Shown one piece after another: positions 21,062-29,354 of a stretch of DNA of 64,000 bases. The stretch spans positions 35,623-99,622 of the forward strand of contig JBATUN010000021.1 in assembly GCA_049671165.1 (NCBI GenBank), in the 5' to 3' direction. This DNA comes from Dehalococcoidia bacterium (GTDB taxonomy: Bacteria > Chloroflexota > Dehalococcoidia > GIF9 > AB-539-J10). Position 1 is the first letter of the stretch; the number at the start of each line of letters is the position of its first letter. The translations under genes were made by a program, and so were the position numbers. Under the pieces are notes generated by a model that worked only from the letters and a program-made list of their open reading frames with translations, made no database searches and was not told where the DNA came from.

Positions 21062-21889
21062 ATGCCGGAACTGCCTGAGGTAGAGACCATCAAGAACGAG
21101 CTTGCGCCCTGGGTCGTGGGGCAAAGCTTCACCAAAGTCACTATCTCTGATGCCAAGCTGGTGTGCGGTGGTTCTGCTCAGGAAGTCCGTCGCGGATTAA
21201 TCCGGCAGAAGATAGAAAGCCTGGGACGCCGGGGAAAGTATCTCATCTTTCACCTATCGAATGGCAGGTCACTGGTTATACATCTCAGGATGACCGGCAG
21301 CTTGCTGTTAAATCCCAAAGAGGTTGACCGCTATGCCCGGGCAGTTTTTCGCCTTTCCAACGGGCACCGCCTTGTTTTCAGTGACCGGCGCCGCCTGGGG
21401 GTGCTGTGGCTGGCAGACGATGCCGGTACTGTCGTTTGTAAGCTGGGTCCCGAGCCGCTGGATAAAGCCTTCACGCCGAACGTTCTGAAGCAAAGGCTAA
21501 GCTGGCATCACATCCCGATAAAAGCCGCGCTTCTCGACCAGCGTATCGTCGCTGGAATCGGCAATATGTATGCCGATGAAGCCCTCTTTGCCGCTCGTAT
21601 TCAGCCACTGAGGAAAGCAGACGACTTGTCGCCCAAAGAAGTACGAACTTTACATAATTGCATCCGCAGGATTCTTCGGGCAGCCATCGGCAGCAAAGGC
21701 GCCAGCGTGGATACCTACGTCCGCCCCGAAGGCGAGCTGGGCACAGCCCATTTCGATTTTAAGGTTGCTCATAAGGGAGGCGAACCCTGCCCCGTTTGCG
21801 GCAGCACCATCGAGCGGGTCGTGGTGCAAAACCGCGGCACTTACTTCTGCCCCCGATGCCAACGTCTCAAACCCGGGCACTCAAAATAA
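21062..21889 (+). CDS. fpg: formamidopyrimidine-DNA glycosylase (Fpg/MutM family)
   Basis: N-terminal MPELPEVE (catalytic Pro2/Glu3), H2TH, C-terminal CxxC...CxxC zinc finger; 275 aa. Confidence 0.9.
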   Translation: MPELPEVETIKNELAPWVVGQSFTKVTISDAKLVCGGSAQEVRRGLIRQKIESLGRRGKYLIFHLSNGRSLVIHLRMTGSLLLNPKEVDRYARAVFRLSNGHRLVFSDRRRLGVLWLADDAGTVVCKLGPEPLDKAFTPNVLKQRLSWHHIPIKAALLDQRIVAGIGNMYADEALFAARIQPLRKADDLSPKEVRTLHNCIRRILRAAIGSKGASVDTYVRPEGELGTAHFDFKVAHKGGEPCPVCGSTIERVVVQNRGTYFCPRCQRLKPGHSK

Positions 21890-22033
21890 GAGCTGACGGC
21901 GGCGGGATTTGCGCCAGCGACTAAGGGCTTCCCAACGCCTTGGCTCATCCTGCCGTATCTTTACCCTATGGGTAGCCTTGCCGATCCCCCAGCAAACCAC
22001 CCCGCTATCCTCAAGCTTCACTTAGCTAGCAAG

Positions 22034-22042
22034 TGGTATAAT
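22034..22042 (+). promoter_or_regulatory. extended -10 promoter element TGGTATAAT for the radical-SAM operon
   Basis: Perfect TGnTATAAT ~65 nt upstream of ATG 22108, with a GAGAGGAAA ribosome-binding site in between. Confidence 0.35.
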
Positions 22043-22107
22043 TTAGGAATAAGATTTAATCTACAAATTCATAAGATAGTTTGGACTTACGAAAAGAGAG
22101 GAAATAG

Positions 22108-23403
22108 ATGAGTGAACAGGGAGTCAAGCATATAACCGTGCCAGGACTCAGGCTACATCTCAGAAGGGATGATAACCACAGTATTCTCTGGATAAACAGC
22201 CAAAAAGTATTAATACTTAATACCACAGCGGCTGATTATGTCGAAGCATATATTGATGCTATGCGTTCTACCTCACAATTTGACCAATCGGTAGTCAAGT
22301 CTAAGATTGTAAAAGCAATAGAAGAGAAATACCCTACAGTCACTAAGGAGAGAATACTCAGCGACTTTGATACTTTGTATGCTCAAATACTTGCGATAGC
22401 TGAAAACAAATGTCCGGTTTATGACCTGGGAATTGGACAGCAAGTTATGGATATAAACAAACTAACGGCACCACCAAGAGTAGACCTGGCACTAACTTAT
22501 AGATGCAATAATAAATGTTCCTACTGCTATACAGGTGGCTCGCGTAAGACTAAGGAATTAGACACAACGGATTGGACACAAATACTTGATAAGCTTTGGA
22601 AAGCCGGGGTACCTCAAGTAGTATTTACCGGTGGAGAGCCTACGTTAAGAGACGACTTGGTCCCACTGGTGAGTCATGCTGAAGAGTTCGTGACTGGCTT
22701 GGTCACAAATGGACGTTTGCTACATAAGCTATCTAAGGGCTTAAAGGAGGTAAGCTTAGATTACGTTCAAGTTAGTATTGAATCCAATTCCCAGTCTATA
22801 CACGATGAGATGACGGGTGTGTCCAACTCCTGGGCGGAGACCGTAAATGGGATCAGGGCAGCAGAAAAAGAAGGTTCAAATGTCTACACCAATACTACCC
22901 TTACCAAGCGTAATGCGGACCATTTTACCTCTACTATGGAATTTCTAGCCTCCCTGGGGGTCAAAGGTATAGCTTGTAACAGTCTAATATGTAGTGGCTT
23001 AGGGTGTAAGGCAATTGAAAAGGATGGGCTAAGCGAGGAAACGTTAAAGGGCATTTTACAGGATGCCTGTGACAAAGCCAGAGAGCTAAAGATAGAGTTT
23101 AATTGGTATACCCCTACTTGTTATAAGAAGTTGAACCCCATAGATTTGGGCTTGGGAATAAAAAGCTGCTCGGCTGCTCAGTATAATGTAACCATTGAAC
23201 CAGATGGGACTGTTATTCCATGTCAGTCACTCTTCAACCACAAAATGGGGCATATTATGAAGGATAGCTGGGAAAAGATTTGGGGTAATGAGTTTGCGAA
23301 AAAGATTAGAAATCACTACTTCATCAGTGAGGAATGTAAGTCCTGTAGTTTTCTAGAGACTTGCGGAGGTAGCTGTCCTTTGGCGACCGGAGAATTGAAA
23401 TGA
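22108..23403 (+). CDS. radical SAM / SPASM-domain maturase with N-terminal PqqD-like RiPP recognition element
   Basis: N-terminal ~100 aa PGLRLHLRRDDNHSILWINSQKVLILNTTAADYVEAYIDAM (PqqD-like); CNNKCSYC (Cx3Cx2C); C-terminal Cys clusters CKSCSFLETCGGSCP (SPASM). Confidence 0.85.
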   Translation: MSEQGVKHITVPGLRLHLRRDDNHSILWINSQKVLILNTTAADYVEAYIDAMRSTSQFDQSVVKSKIVKAIEEKYPTVTKERILSDFDTLYAQILAIAENKCPVYDLGIGQQVMDINKLTAPPRVDLALTYRCNNKCSYCYTGGSRKTKELDTTDWTQILDKLWKAGVPQVVFTGGEPTLRDDLVPLVSHAEEFVTGLVTNGRLLHKLSKGLKEVSLDYVQVSIESNSQSIHDEMTGVSNSWAETVNGIRAAEKEGSNVYTNTTLTKRNADHFTSTMEFLASLGVKGIACNSLICSGLGCKAIEKDGLSEETLKGILQDACDKARELKIEFNWYTPTCYKKLNPIDLGLGIKSCSAAQYNVTIEPDGTVIPCQSLFNHKMGHIMKDSWEKIWGNEFAKKIRNHYFISEECKSCSFLETCGGSCPLATGELK

Positions 23404-24584
23404 GAAGAGTCCTACTGATAGCTGCCGTATTTCTTATTGCTTTAGCTTTGCTGCCTGTTCCGATATACGCTGATACCGGTACCTATGACATACTAGATTA
23501 CGTAGTAGAACTAACTCCCTTGGATGATGGTACTGTACATATGACGTACTACCAGGAATGGCTATGTACCGGGGGTCATATACCCTGGGTGACAGTCGGC
23601 ACTGCAAATAGTCATTTTGACATCATAAGTACTGGAGGCAATGTTGAATCTGCCAGAGACAACAGTAGCGGTGGTTGGCAGGGAGTCTACCTGACACTGG
23701 ATAAAGACTATACTTCCGGTGAGAAGTTTACTATATCTTTTTCAATAGTCCAGCGAGATCTCCTGGAAAGGTTAACCAATGAAGGAAAGTGGAGAATAGA
23801 TTTTACCCCCGGGTGGTATGATAATTGCGTTACAGATAACCTTACTATCACACTGAACTCGCCAGTGTCAGTTAGCACATATAGTTTTGCACCGCAACCT
23901 GCTCAAGTAATAGATAATATCGTCACCTGGCAAACCAGTTTAGCTAGAGGAGATAGGTTTAACGTTAGGATGGGATCCTATGATGGAAGTTTTCTTCAAC
24001 CTACAGAACCTACTGGTCCCAGCTTTAATTGGGTATGGGTATTAATACCCGTTTTTGTAGTTGGATTCTTACTCGTTATGTTTGTTAGAAGCAGGAAAAG
24101 AGAAGAATCTACTACTTCGGAAGAGTATATCTTTGATGAGAAGGGTAATCTAGATGATAGGTTAAAAGAGGCAAAGGAGAAGTGGGATAAAGATAAGAAA
24201 GATACTAAGTTCTCTGACACAGAACAAGCTAGATTTGATGAGTTTGTGGCTGAGAAAAGGCTGGAACCTGATATTAACGGAAACTACTATTACAATGGTA
24301 ACTTCATCAACCCCTGGATATTGTTCGGGGCTTTAAATAGTCTTTCTTACCGTAAACCTAACATGAATGTATTTACAACGAGGGGTGCAGGGGCCAGAGG
24401 CGGTTCATCTTGCATTGCTGTTTCCTGCGCTTGTGTAGCGTGTGCTTGTGCCTGTGCTTGCGCATGCGCAGGAGGTGGTGCTGCTGGTTGTGCAAAGAAA
24501 CTGGATTATTACGATGGTATAGAATCCGGCGAGAAGGGCTGCACTATGGGGAATTCCAATCTAGCAAGCCGTTCTGGGGACTAG
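23400..24584 (+). CDS. single-pass membrane protein with predicted cytoplasmic C-terminal (Cys-Ala)n tail
   Basis: Signal peptide, ~190-aa ectodomain, TM helix (WVWVLIPVFVVGFLLVMFV + RSRKREE), tail ...SSCIAVSCACVACACACACACAGGGAAGCAKK; start overlaps the radical-SAM stop (ATGA). Confidence 0.7.
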   Translation: MRRVLLIAAVFLIALALLPVPIYADTGTYDILDYVVELTPLDDGTVHMTYYQEWLCTGGHIPWVTVGTANSHFDIISTGGNVESARDNSSGGWQGVYLTLDKDYTSGEKFTISFSIVQRDLLERLTNEGKWRIDFTPGWYDNCVTDNLTITLNSPVSVSTYSFAPQPAQVIDNIVTWQTSLARGDRFNVRMGSYDGSFLQPTEPTGPSFNWVWVLIPVFVVGFLLVMFVRSRKREESTTSEEYIFDEKGNLDDRLKEAKEKWDKDKKDTKFSDTEQARFDEFVAEKRLEPDINGNYYYNGNFINPWILFGALNSLSYRKPNMNVFTTRGAGARGGSSCIAVSCACVACACACACACAGGGAAGCAKKLDYYDGIESGEKGCTMGNSNLASRSGD

Positions 24585-24587
24585 AAT

Positions 24588-24751
24588 TCGAGGGCGAATT
24601 GAGCACAGCCCATTTCGATTTTAAGGTTGCTCATAGGGGAGGCGAACCTTGCCCCGTTTGTGGCGGCACCATCGAGCGGGTCCCGGTGCAGAACCGCGGC
24701 ACCTACTTTTGCGCCAGATGCCAGCCTTTGGGTCGCGGGCCTCTGATATAA
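24588..24751 (+). pseudogene. fpg 3' fragment (zinc-finger end, ...EGELSTAHFDFKVAHRGGEPCPVCGGTIERV...)
   Basis: High nt identity to 21725-21889 of intact fpg; no 5' part attached. Confidence 0.7.
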
Positions 24752-24755
24752 AAGC

Positions 24756-24811
24756 TGGCAATGGCTGGATTTGAACCAGCGATTAAGGGATTCCTAAGCC
24801 CCTGGTTCATC
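24756..24811 (-). repeat. tRNA-like 3' half (T-arm + acceptor), ~24/27 identical to the tRNA-Met 3' end at 44440
   Basis: tggcaatggctggatttgaaccagcga versus tggcagcgggtggatttgaaccaccga; a degenerate homolog follows the intact fpg at ~21899. Confidence 0.35.
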
Positions 24812-24938
24812 TACGAGCACTAGTGTTCTGAAGCTCCTTCTCCAAGGACTTCCATCTGCCCAGGTCTTTTATAGTTGTGAAAAGTTCGTTAGCAAAAATG
24901 TTAGCAGAATACATAACCTTTGTTTTAGGGCTTGTGCG

Positions 24939-25427
24939 ATGTATAATTGGTGGAAAGTTGCAGAAGTCGAAGGAATCATGCCTCGACGAGAGTACGTGCC
25001 CAGTCCAATAGATACGCTTAGTCCAGAAGCAAGAAGCAAACGAATGAGCCTTGTTAAGGGGCGTGATACTAAGCCTGAGCGACATGTTCGTGAAATATTA
25101 AAGAAACTGGGCTATCGCTATCGATTACAATATTCAAGGTTACCTGGCAAACCTGATTTTGCTTTGCCTGGAAAGCGTAAGGCCATTTGGGTTCATGGGT
25201 GTTTCTGGCACCGCCATGAAAATTGCTCATTGGCTAGGTTACCTAAGGGGGGCCAGGATTTCTGGATACCGAAATTGGAGGGGAATAGGAAGCGTGATTT
25301 GGAGCATCAGGATAAAGTAAGACAAATGGGGTGGCAAATTTTGGTGATATGGGAATGCGAATTGAGCAATCAACCTTCAGTAGAATCTAAGATAAAGCAG
25401 TTCTTGGAGAATCATGAGATCAATTGA
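24939..25427 (+). CDS. vsr: very-short-patch repair endonuclease
   Basis: ARSKRMSLVKGRDTKPERHVR...WVHGCFWHRHENC; start may be an internal Met (MPRRE). Confidence 0.8.
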   Translation: MYNWWKVAEVEGIMPRREYVPSPIDTLSPEARSKRMSLVKGRDTKPERHVREILKKLGYRYRLQYSRLPGKPDFALPGKRKAIWVHGCFWHRHENCSLARLPKGGQDFWIPKLEGNRKRDLEHQDKVRQMGWQILVIWECELSNQPSVESKIKQFLENHEIN

Positions 25428-26466
25428 GTTGTTCACCGGAGCCGGTGGTTTGGCGTTGGGAATTCATTTAGCTGGATTCGAGCATCAATTACTAGTCGAA
25501 GCGGACGACGATGCCTGTGAGACGTTAGTTCATAATAGTAAAAACGAAACGGTTTCAGGAATATCGAGATGGCCAATAGTTCGCGATCTAGTTGAATTGG
25601 TTGATCTAAGCAGTTATCAGAAAATTGATTTGCTGGCCGCAGGCATTCCGTGCCAACCGTTCAGTAACGGAGGGAAGCGCGGTGGCATTGAGGACGATAG
25701 GAATATGTTTCCTGTATTCGCTAGAGTCCTTGCCGCCTTAAAGCCGCAGGCTTTTCTGCTGGAGAATGTGAACGGACTAATAAACGGCAAACTTGCAAGC
25801 CACATGGAATATATTATTTTGCAGCTACGGCATCCTTGGAATTTGGCAAGGAATGGCCAAACGTGGAAAGATCATTTAGAAGAATTGCGATACATAACTG
25901 AAAAAGATATAAGGAAAGACACGGACTATAAAGTGTATTTCCAAGTTTTGGATGCTGCCAATTATGGAATTCCGCAGATTAGGAAGCGCGTCTTCGTTGT
26001 TGGATTCCGAAGGGATTTAGAGACCAACTGGAATTTTCCGACAGCCACTCACTCAAAGGAAGCACTTTTGACCAACAATAAAAAGGCGTGGCTAACCGTC
26101 CGTGACGCCATCAGAGGTCTACCGAAGAGTGGCACCAAAGCCGCCGCCGGTATTCAACACGTTATGGTCCCTGGAGCTAGGAGCTACAAGGGACACACTG
26201 GCAGTGTCTTAGACTGGCCAGCCAAGTCATTGAAGGCTGGGAATCATGGAGTTGGGGGTGGAGAGAACACGTTACGTTATCAGAATGGTCGTGTCAGGTA
26301 TTTCACGGTAAGAGAGTGTGCGCGCTTGCAGACCTTTCCGGACTCTTGGGTATTCAAAGGACCTTGGTCCAGCGTGACAAGACAAATTGGTAACGCCGTG
26401 CCGGTAAAGATGGCTACCGTAGTGGCGAAGTCAATAAGAGAACTGTTGGGGAATTCGGTAGAATAA
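25414..26466 (+). CDS. dcm: DNA (cytosine-5)-methyltransferase
   Basis: Motif I FTGAGG, PCQPFS catalytic motif, ENV, QIGNAV; overlaps the vsr stop. Confidence 0.9.
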   Translation: MRSIELFTGAGGLALGIHLAGFEHQLLVEADDDACETLVHNSKNETVSGISRWPIVRDLVELVDLSSYQKIDLLAAGIPCQPFSNGGKRGGIEDDRNMFPVFARVLAALKPQAFLLENVNGLINGKLASHMEYIILQLRHPWNLARNGQTWKDHLEELRYITEKDIRKDTDYKVYFQVLDAANYGIPQIRKRVFVVGFRRDLETNWNFPTATHSKEALLTNNKKAWLTVRDAIRGLPKSGTKAAAGIQHVMVPGARSYKGHTGSVLDWPAKSLKAGNHGVGGGENTLRYQNGRVRYFTVRECARLQTFPDSWVFKGPWSSVTRQIGNAVPVKMATVVAKSIRELLGNSVE

Positions 26467-26478
26467 GTATAGGGATTA

Positions 26479-27609
26479 CTAGGACGACTTATTGTAACTT
26501 GGTAAGCTAACTTTAAAAACTGATTGAAAGTATTCACTCATATAGTCGTATTGACGCTTTATTGCTCCAGCATCGTTCGGAGACTGTTTCTCGCGGTCAA
26601 AGTACACCAGAATCTGTTCAAGTTGGGACAATGGTTCTTTTGTAGTCCCTGCTGCGAGTCTCTGCGATTTTTTACGAGCAGCGGTTAATTCATCGTTGAA
26701 CTGTTCAAGCGTCTGCTTGGTGAAAGGCACTGGAATACTAGATTCTTGACAAATTCGGAAGATGTGGAAGTATAGAGTCATTCTTCCCTGACTGGCTAGT
26801 AACGGGTCTTTGTGATCAAAGAATTCATTCATTTTGTCCATGATTTTGGTTGTATTGGATTGCATAGATTGTAAATGCTCGGGGGATGCCTCGGGTTGTT
26901 TCATGTCGCGATACTCGCGGAACTTAGTCACGAATTCATCTAGCATCTTTTTCTTGGTGGATTCGATGGAATTAACGTAGGTTAGATACAAGAACTTAGC
27001 CGCCAAGTCAAAGTGTTGCCTGCGTTTGTTAGTTATGCGGACTGATTGCTGGAAGAAGGCGTGGAATCCTATTTTTTGAATGACGAAGGGTAGGGGCCCG
27101 CCGAGAGCGTTTCGTCTTTCACCAGCACTAAGTGATACTTGTATATTGAGGCGTGAGAAAAGGTCATCAATGAAGTCTGTGTCATCTGTTTGAACGACTG
27201 TGACTGGTAAGTCGAAGCCATCAAACCGAGCACGCAAGCGAGGGAACTTAGACATTAGCTCATCATATTTAGCCCCTCCAGCTTCTATGGACTCATCGTC
27301 ATAGAAGATGAAGTTTTTGGGAAGAGATAGTTCATTTTCCATGAATCTCCACAAGGAATATAGACGTTGTTTGCCGTCAATAACGGCATACCTGTATTTG
27401 CCAGTCTGGTTAGGCGTTGGCGGAATCTGATAAAAATATAGCTTAGGGACATCAAAGCCGTTAAGTATGGAATCAATGAAACATTGCTGTTGCCCTTCAT
27501 CCCAGATCGAAAAACGTTGGTAGGGGGGGTCAAGGTCAATCTGGTCTTTCCATTCATACAATTGTAATATATTGTTTGCCCTCAACGGGTACATTTTGAA
27601 GCGTGGCAT
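26479..27609 (-). CDS. DUF262 (ParB-like nuclease superfamily) protein, candidate restriction/defense nuclease
   Basis: DPPYQRFSIW...IDGKQRL motifs at the N-terminus. Confidence 0.7.
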   Translation of the reverse strand: MPRFKMYPLRANNILQLYEWKDQIDLDPPYQRFSIWDEGQQQCFIDSILNGFDVPKLYFYQIPPTPNQTGKYRYAVIDGKQRLYSLWRFMENELSLPKNFIFYDDESIEAGGAKYDELMSKFPRLRARFDGFDLPVTVVQTDDTDFIDDLFSRLNIQVSLSAGERRNALGGPLPFVIQKIGFHAFFQQSVRITNKRRQHFDLAAKFLYLTYVNSIESTKKKMLDEFVTKFREYRDMKQPEASPEHLQSMQSNTTKIMDKMNEFFDHKDPLLASQGRMTLYFHIFRICQESSIPVPFTKQTLEQFNDELTAARKKSQRLAAGTTKEPLSQLEQILVYFDREKQSPNDAGAIKRQYDYMSEYFQSVFKVSLPSYNKSS

Positions 27610-28499
27610 TAGTCACCTCCCAGAAGATCTTTTGCTTCTCTGGCGACATTGTCAAGTTCTGGGAAAAGTATTCTTCTATTAACTCCGATTCTTCCAAGCT
27701 CCTGATATATCGGTTCTTTGTGTTCTTGAGGTATCTTATATCTCCAGATATGCGTGCCATCCTTGAGCGCCTGTTCGACCGGAGTTTTATTATTGACATG
27801 ATGTATAGTGAAAACGCTCATTTGCACCTGCATACGGCGGTTAGTGCGTGGCGCTATACCCGCAGCGGGCAATCGGCCGGGAGGCAAATCCTCACTGATT
27901 GTTGTTGGCAGATAAAGGTCAATTGTCTCACCTGCACCGCGTGAGACTTCTTCTGGATTGCCAGAAAGCATCGGAAGCGTGTAATCGTCATTTGGCCATT
28001 TAAGTGAAACAACATTAAGACGATTCGGTAGCAAACACCATAAGACACCGTCATCGGCATATGGATTTTTAGGGTCTTCTCTTGGATAGACGGCGAAGTA
28101 TAAGGCTACCAAAGGATTTTCGGTCCAATCAAGCAAGCGTGAAGGCGCCTTATGATGACGCATGAGAAACATCCACTCCCATATGCTGTTGGGAATTTGG
28201 GCAAGGATTTCGTGTGCATTCTGTTTAAACAGGTTCATGAGATAAATTTCGTCCTTGATATCAACCTTGCATTCCTTCCTATAGAAGGTGGGTAATAATT
28301 TGCGGCTGATTTTTCTCAAGCCCCTATACCAAATCGGAGGTTTAGAGTAGTTACCTTTAAGAGGGGTCTCACCTGCAGGATGTTGCCTAGAAGTACGTTT
28401 TGGCTCAAGCGCCTCGCGTAATCTCTCCTCATCTTTCTGTAATGCAGCTAATAAGTCGGCGACGCTCGTTATTTTATCTTCATCAAAAAGGTAGGCCAT
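27609..28499 (-). CDS. FRG-domain protein
   Basis: IWYRGL...LLPTFYR and ...HHKAPSRLLDWTENPLVALYFAV match the FRG-domain core. Confidence 0.6.
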   Translation of the reverse strand: MAYLFDEDKITSVADLLAALQKDEERLREALEPKRTSRQHPAGETPLKGNYSKPPIWYRGLRKISRKLLPTFYRKECKVDIKDEIYLMNLFKQNAHEILAQIPNSIWEWMFLMRHHKAPSRLLDWTENPLVALYFAVYPREDPKNPYADDGVLWCLLPNRLNVVSLKWPNDDYTLPMLSGNPEEVSRGAGETIDLYLPTTISEDLPPGRLPAAGIAPRTNRRMQVQMSVFTIHHVNNKTPVEQALKDGTHIWRYKIPQEHKEPIYQELGRIGVNRRILFPELDNVAREAKDLLGGD

Positions 28500-28873
28500 A
28501 TGTTCTAACCCACGTTATGAAGGTTATGAACGAAATTATATGCCTTAAGAGAATTGAGCGCAATAGATAAAGGGGATGCGGATTAATAATTACATCGGAG
28601 TGACGATAAGAAACTGTCAGTAACGATCAAAAGTCGGCCGTAGCTTTATTCTTGACGGCTGGTGAGTGGGCGGATAATGAAGAGAGAGGAGCTAATGCGA
28701 CCCCCCTTATTATTTCATAGTGGTAAAATTGTGACTTTTGAGTATTGCCATCCTAATCAAAAGTCAGGCAGACTGTTTGAATCAAAAGTTGTCGATCAAC
28801 GAATAACGTTTGTGACTCTCTATCGCACCGTAGCATCCCGCCGCCTGGCAATATCGATTAGTCACCATCAACG

Positions 28874-29210
28874 TTGACAGAAAGCCTACCTCAAATTATT
28901 ATCTTCTGTTTCTAATAGCTTCCATTACCGAAAGAAGAACTCCGACACCTATGAGAGAGTAACCTATCGCACGAGAATCACCGAAGATAATCCCCAGAAC
29001 CACTAAGGACATACCAAGTATAGCGAGGTTTGATGGTTGTTGATATTGCCTTCCCCTGGCTATAAGCAGAAGAACCACAATAACAACCAGGGCAATGATT
29101 GAAATGGTTATCCACACGGGTTCCATGAATACCTCCTTTTAGAAGTACTGGCTACTTTCAAAAATTATAGCACTGAGGGCAAAGAGAAGATGTATTATTG
29201 CCAGGGAAAA
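28874..29210. repeat. ~335-bp direct repeat R1 (carries the small membrane-protein gene)
   Basis: ~90% identical to 31166-31500. Confidence 0.7.
28899..29126 (-). CDS. small two-TM membrane protein (75 aa)
   Basis: MEPVWITISIIALVVIVVLLLIARG...; paralog at 31188. Confidence 0.55.
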   Translation of the reverse strand: MEPVWITISIIALVVIVVLLLIARGRQYQQPSNLAILGMSLVVLGIIFGDSRAIGYSLIGVGVLLSVMEAIRNRR

Positions 29211-29354
29211 AATCGGGATGTCTGTCTAGCGACGCATATAAATACTTGATACCGTTTTCAGTGTCTACCTCAAGAGATAAATAGGCCGAGGCCAGAAAGC
29301 AACCTGCTACCAGGTATACATCATATATAGAGTACTAAGACCCCGAAATAGCCT

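Noticed and set aside
21890-22107. Searched for a small Cys-rich precursor-peptide ORF upstream of the radical-SAM gene
   Set aside because: Only a 17-aa Cys-free ORF without a ribosome-binding site is present. No candidate precursor was found, which supports the downstream tail as substrate.
28662-28877. 71-aa ORF upstream of repeat R1
   Set aside because: No ribosome-binding site, Arg-rich odd composition, and it ends at the repeat boundary, so it is likely non-coding.
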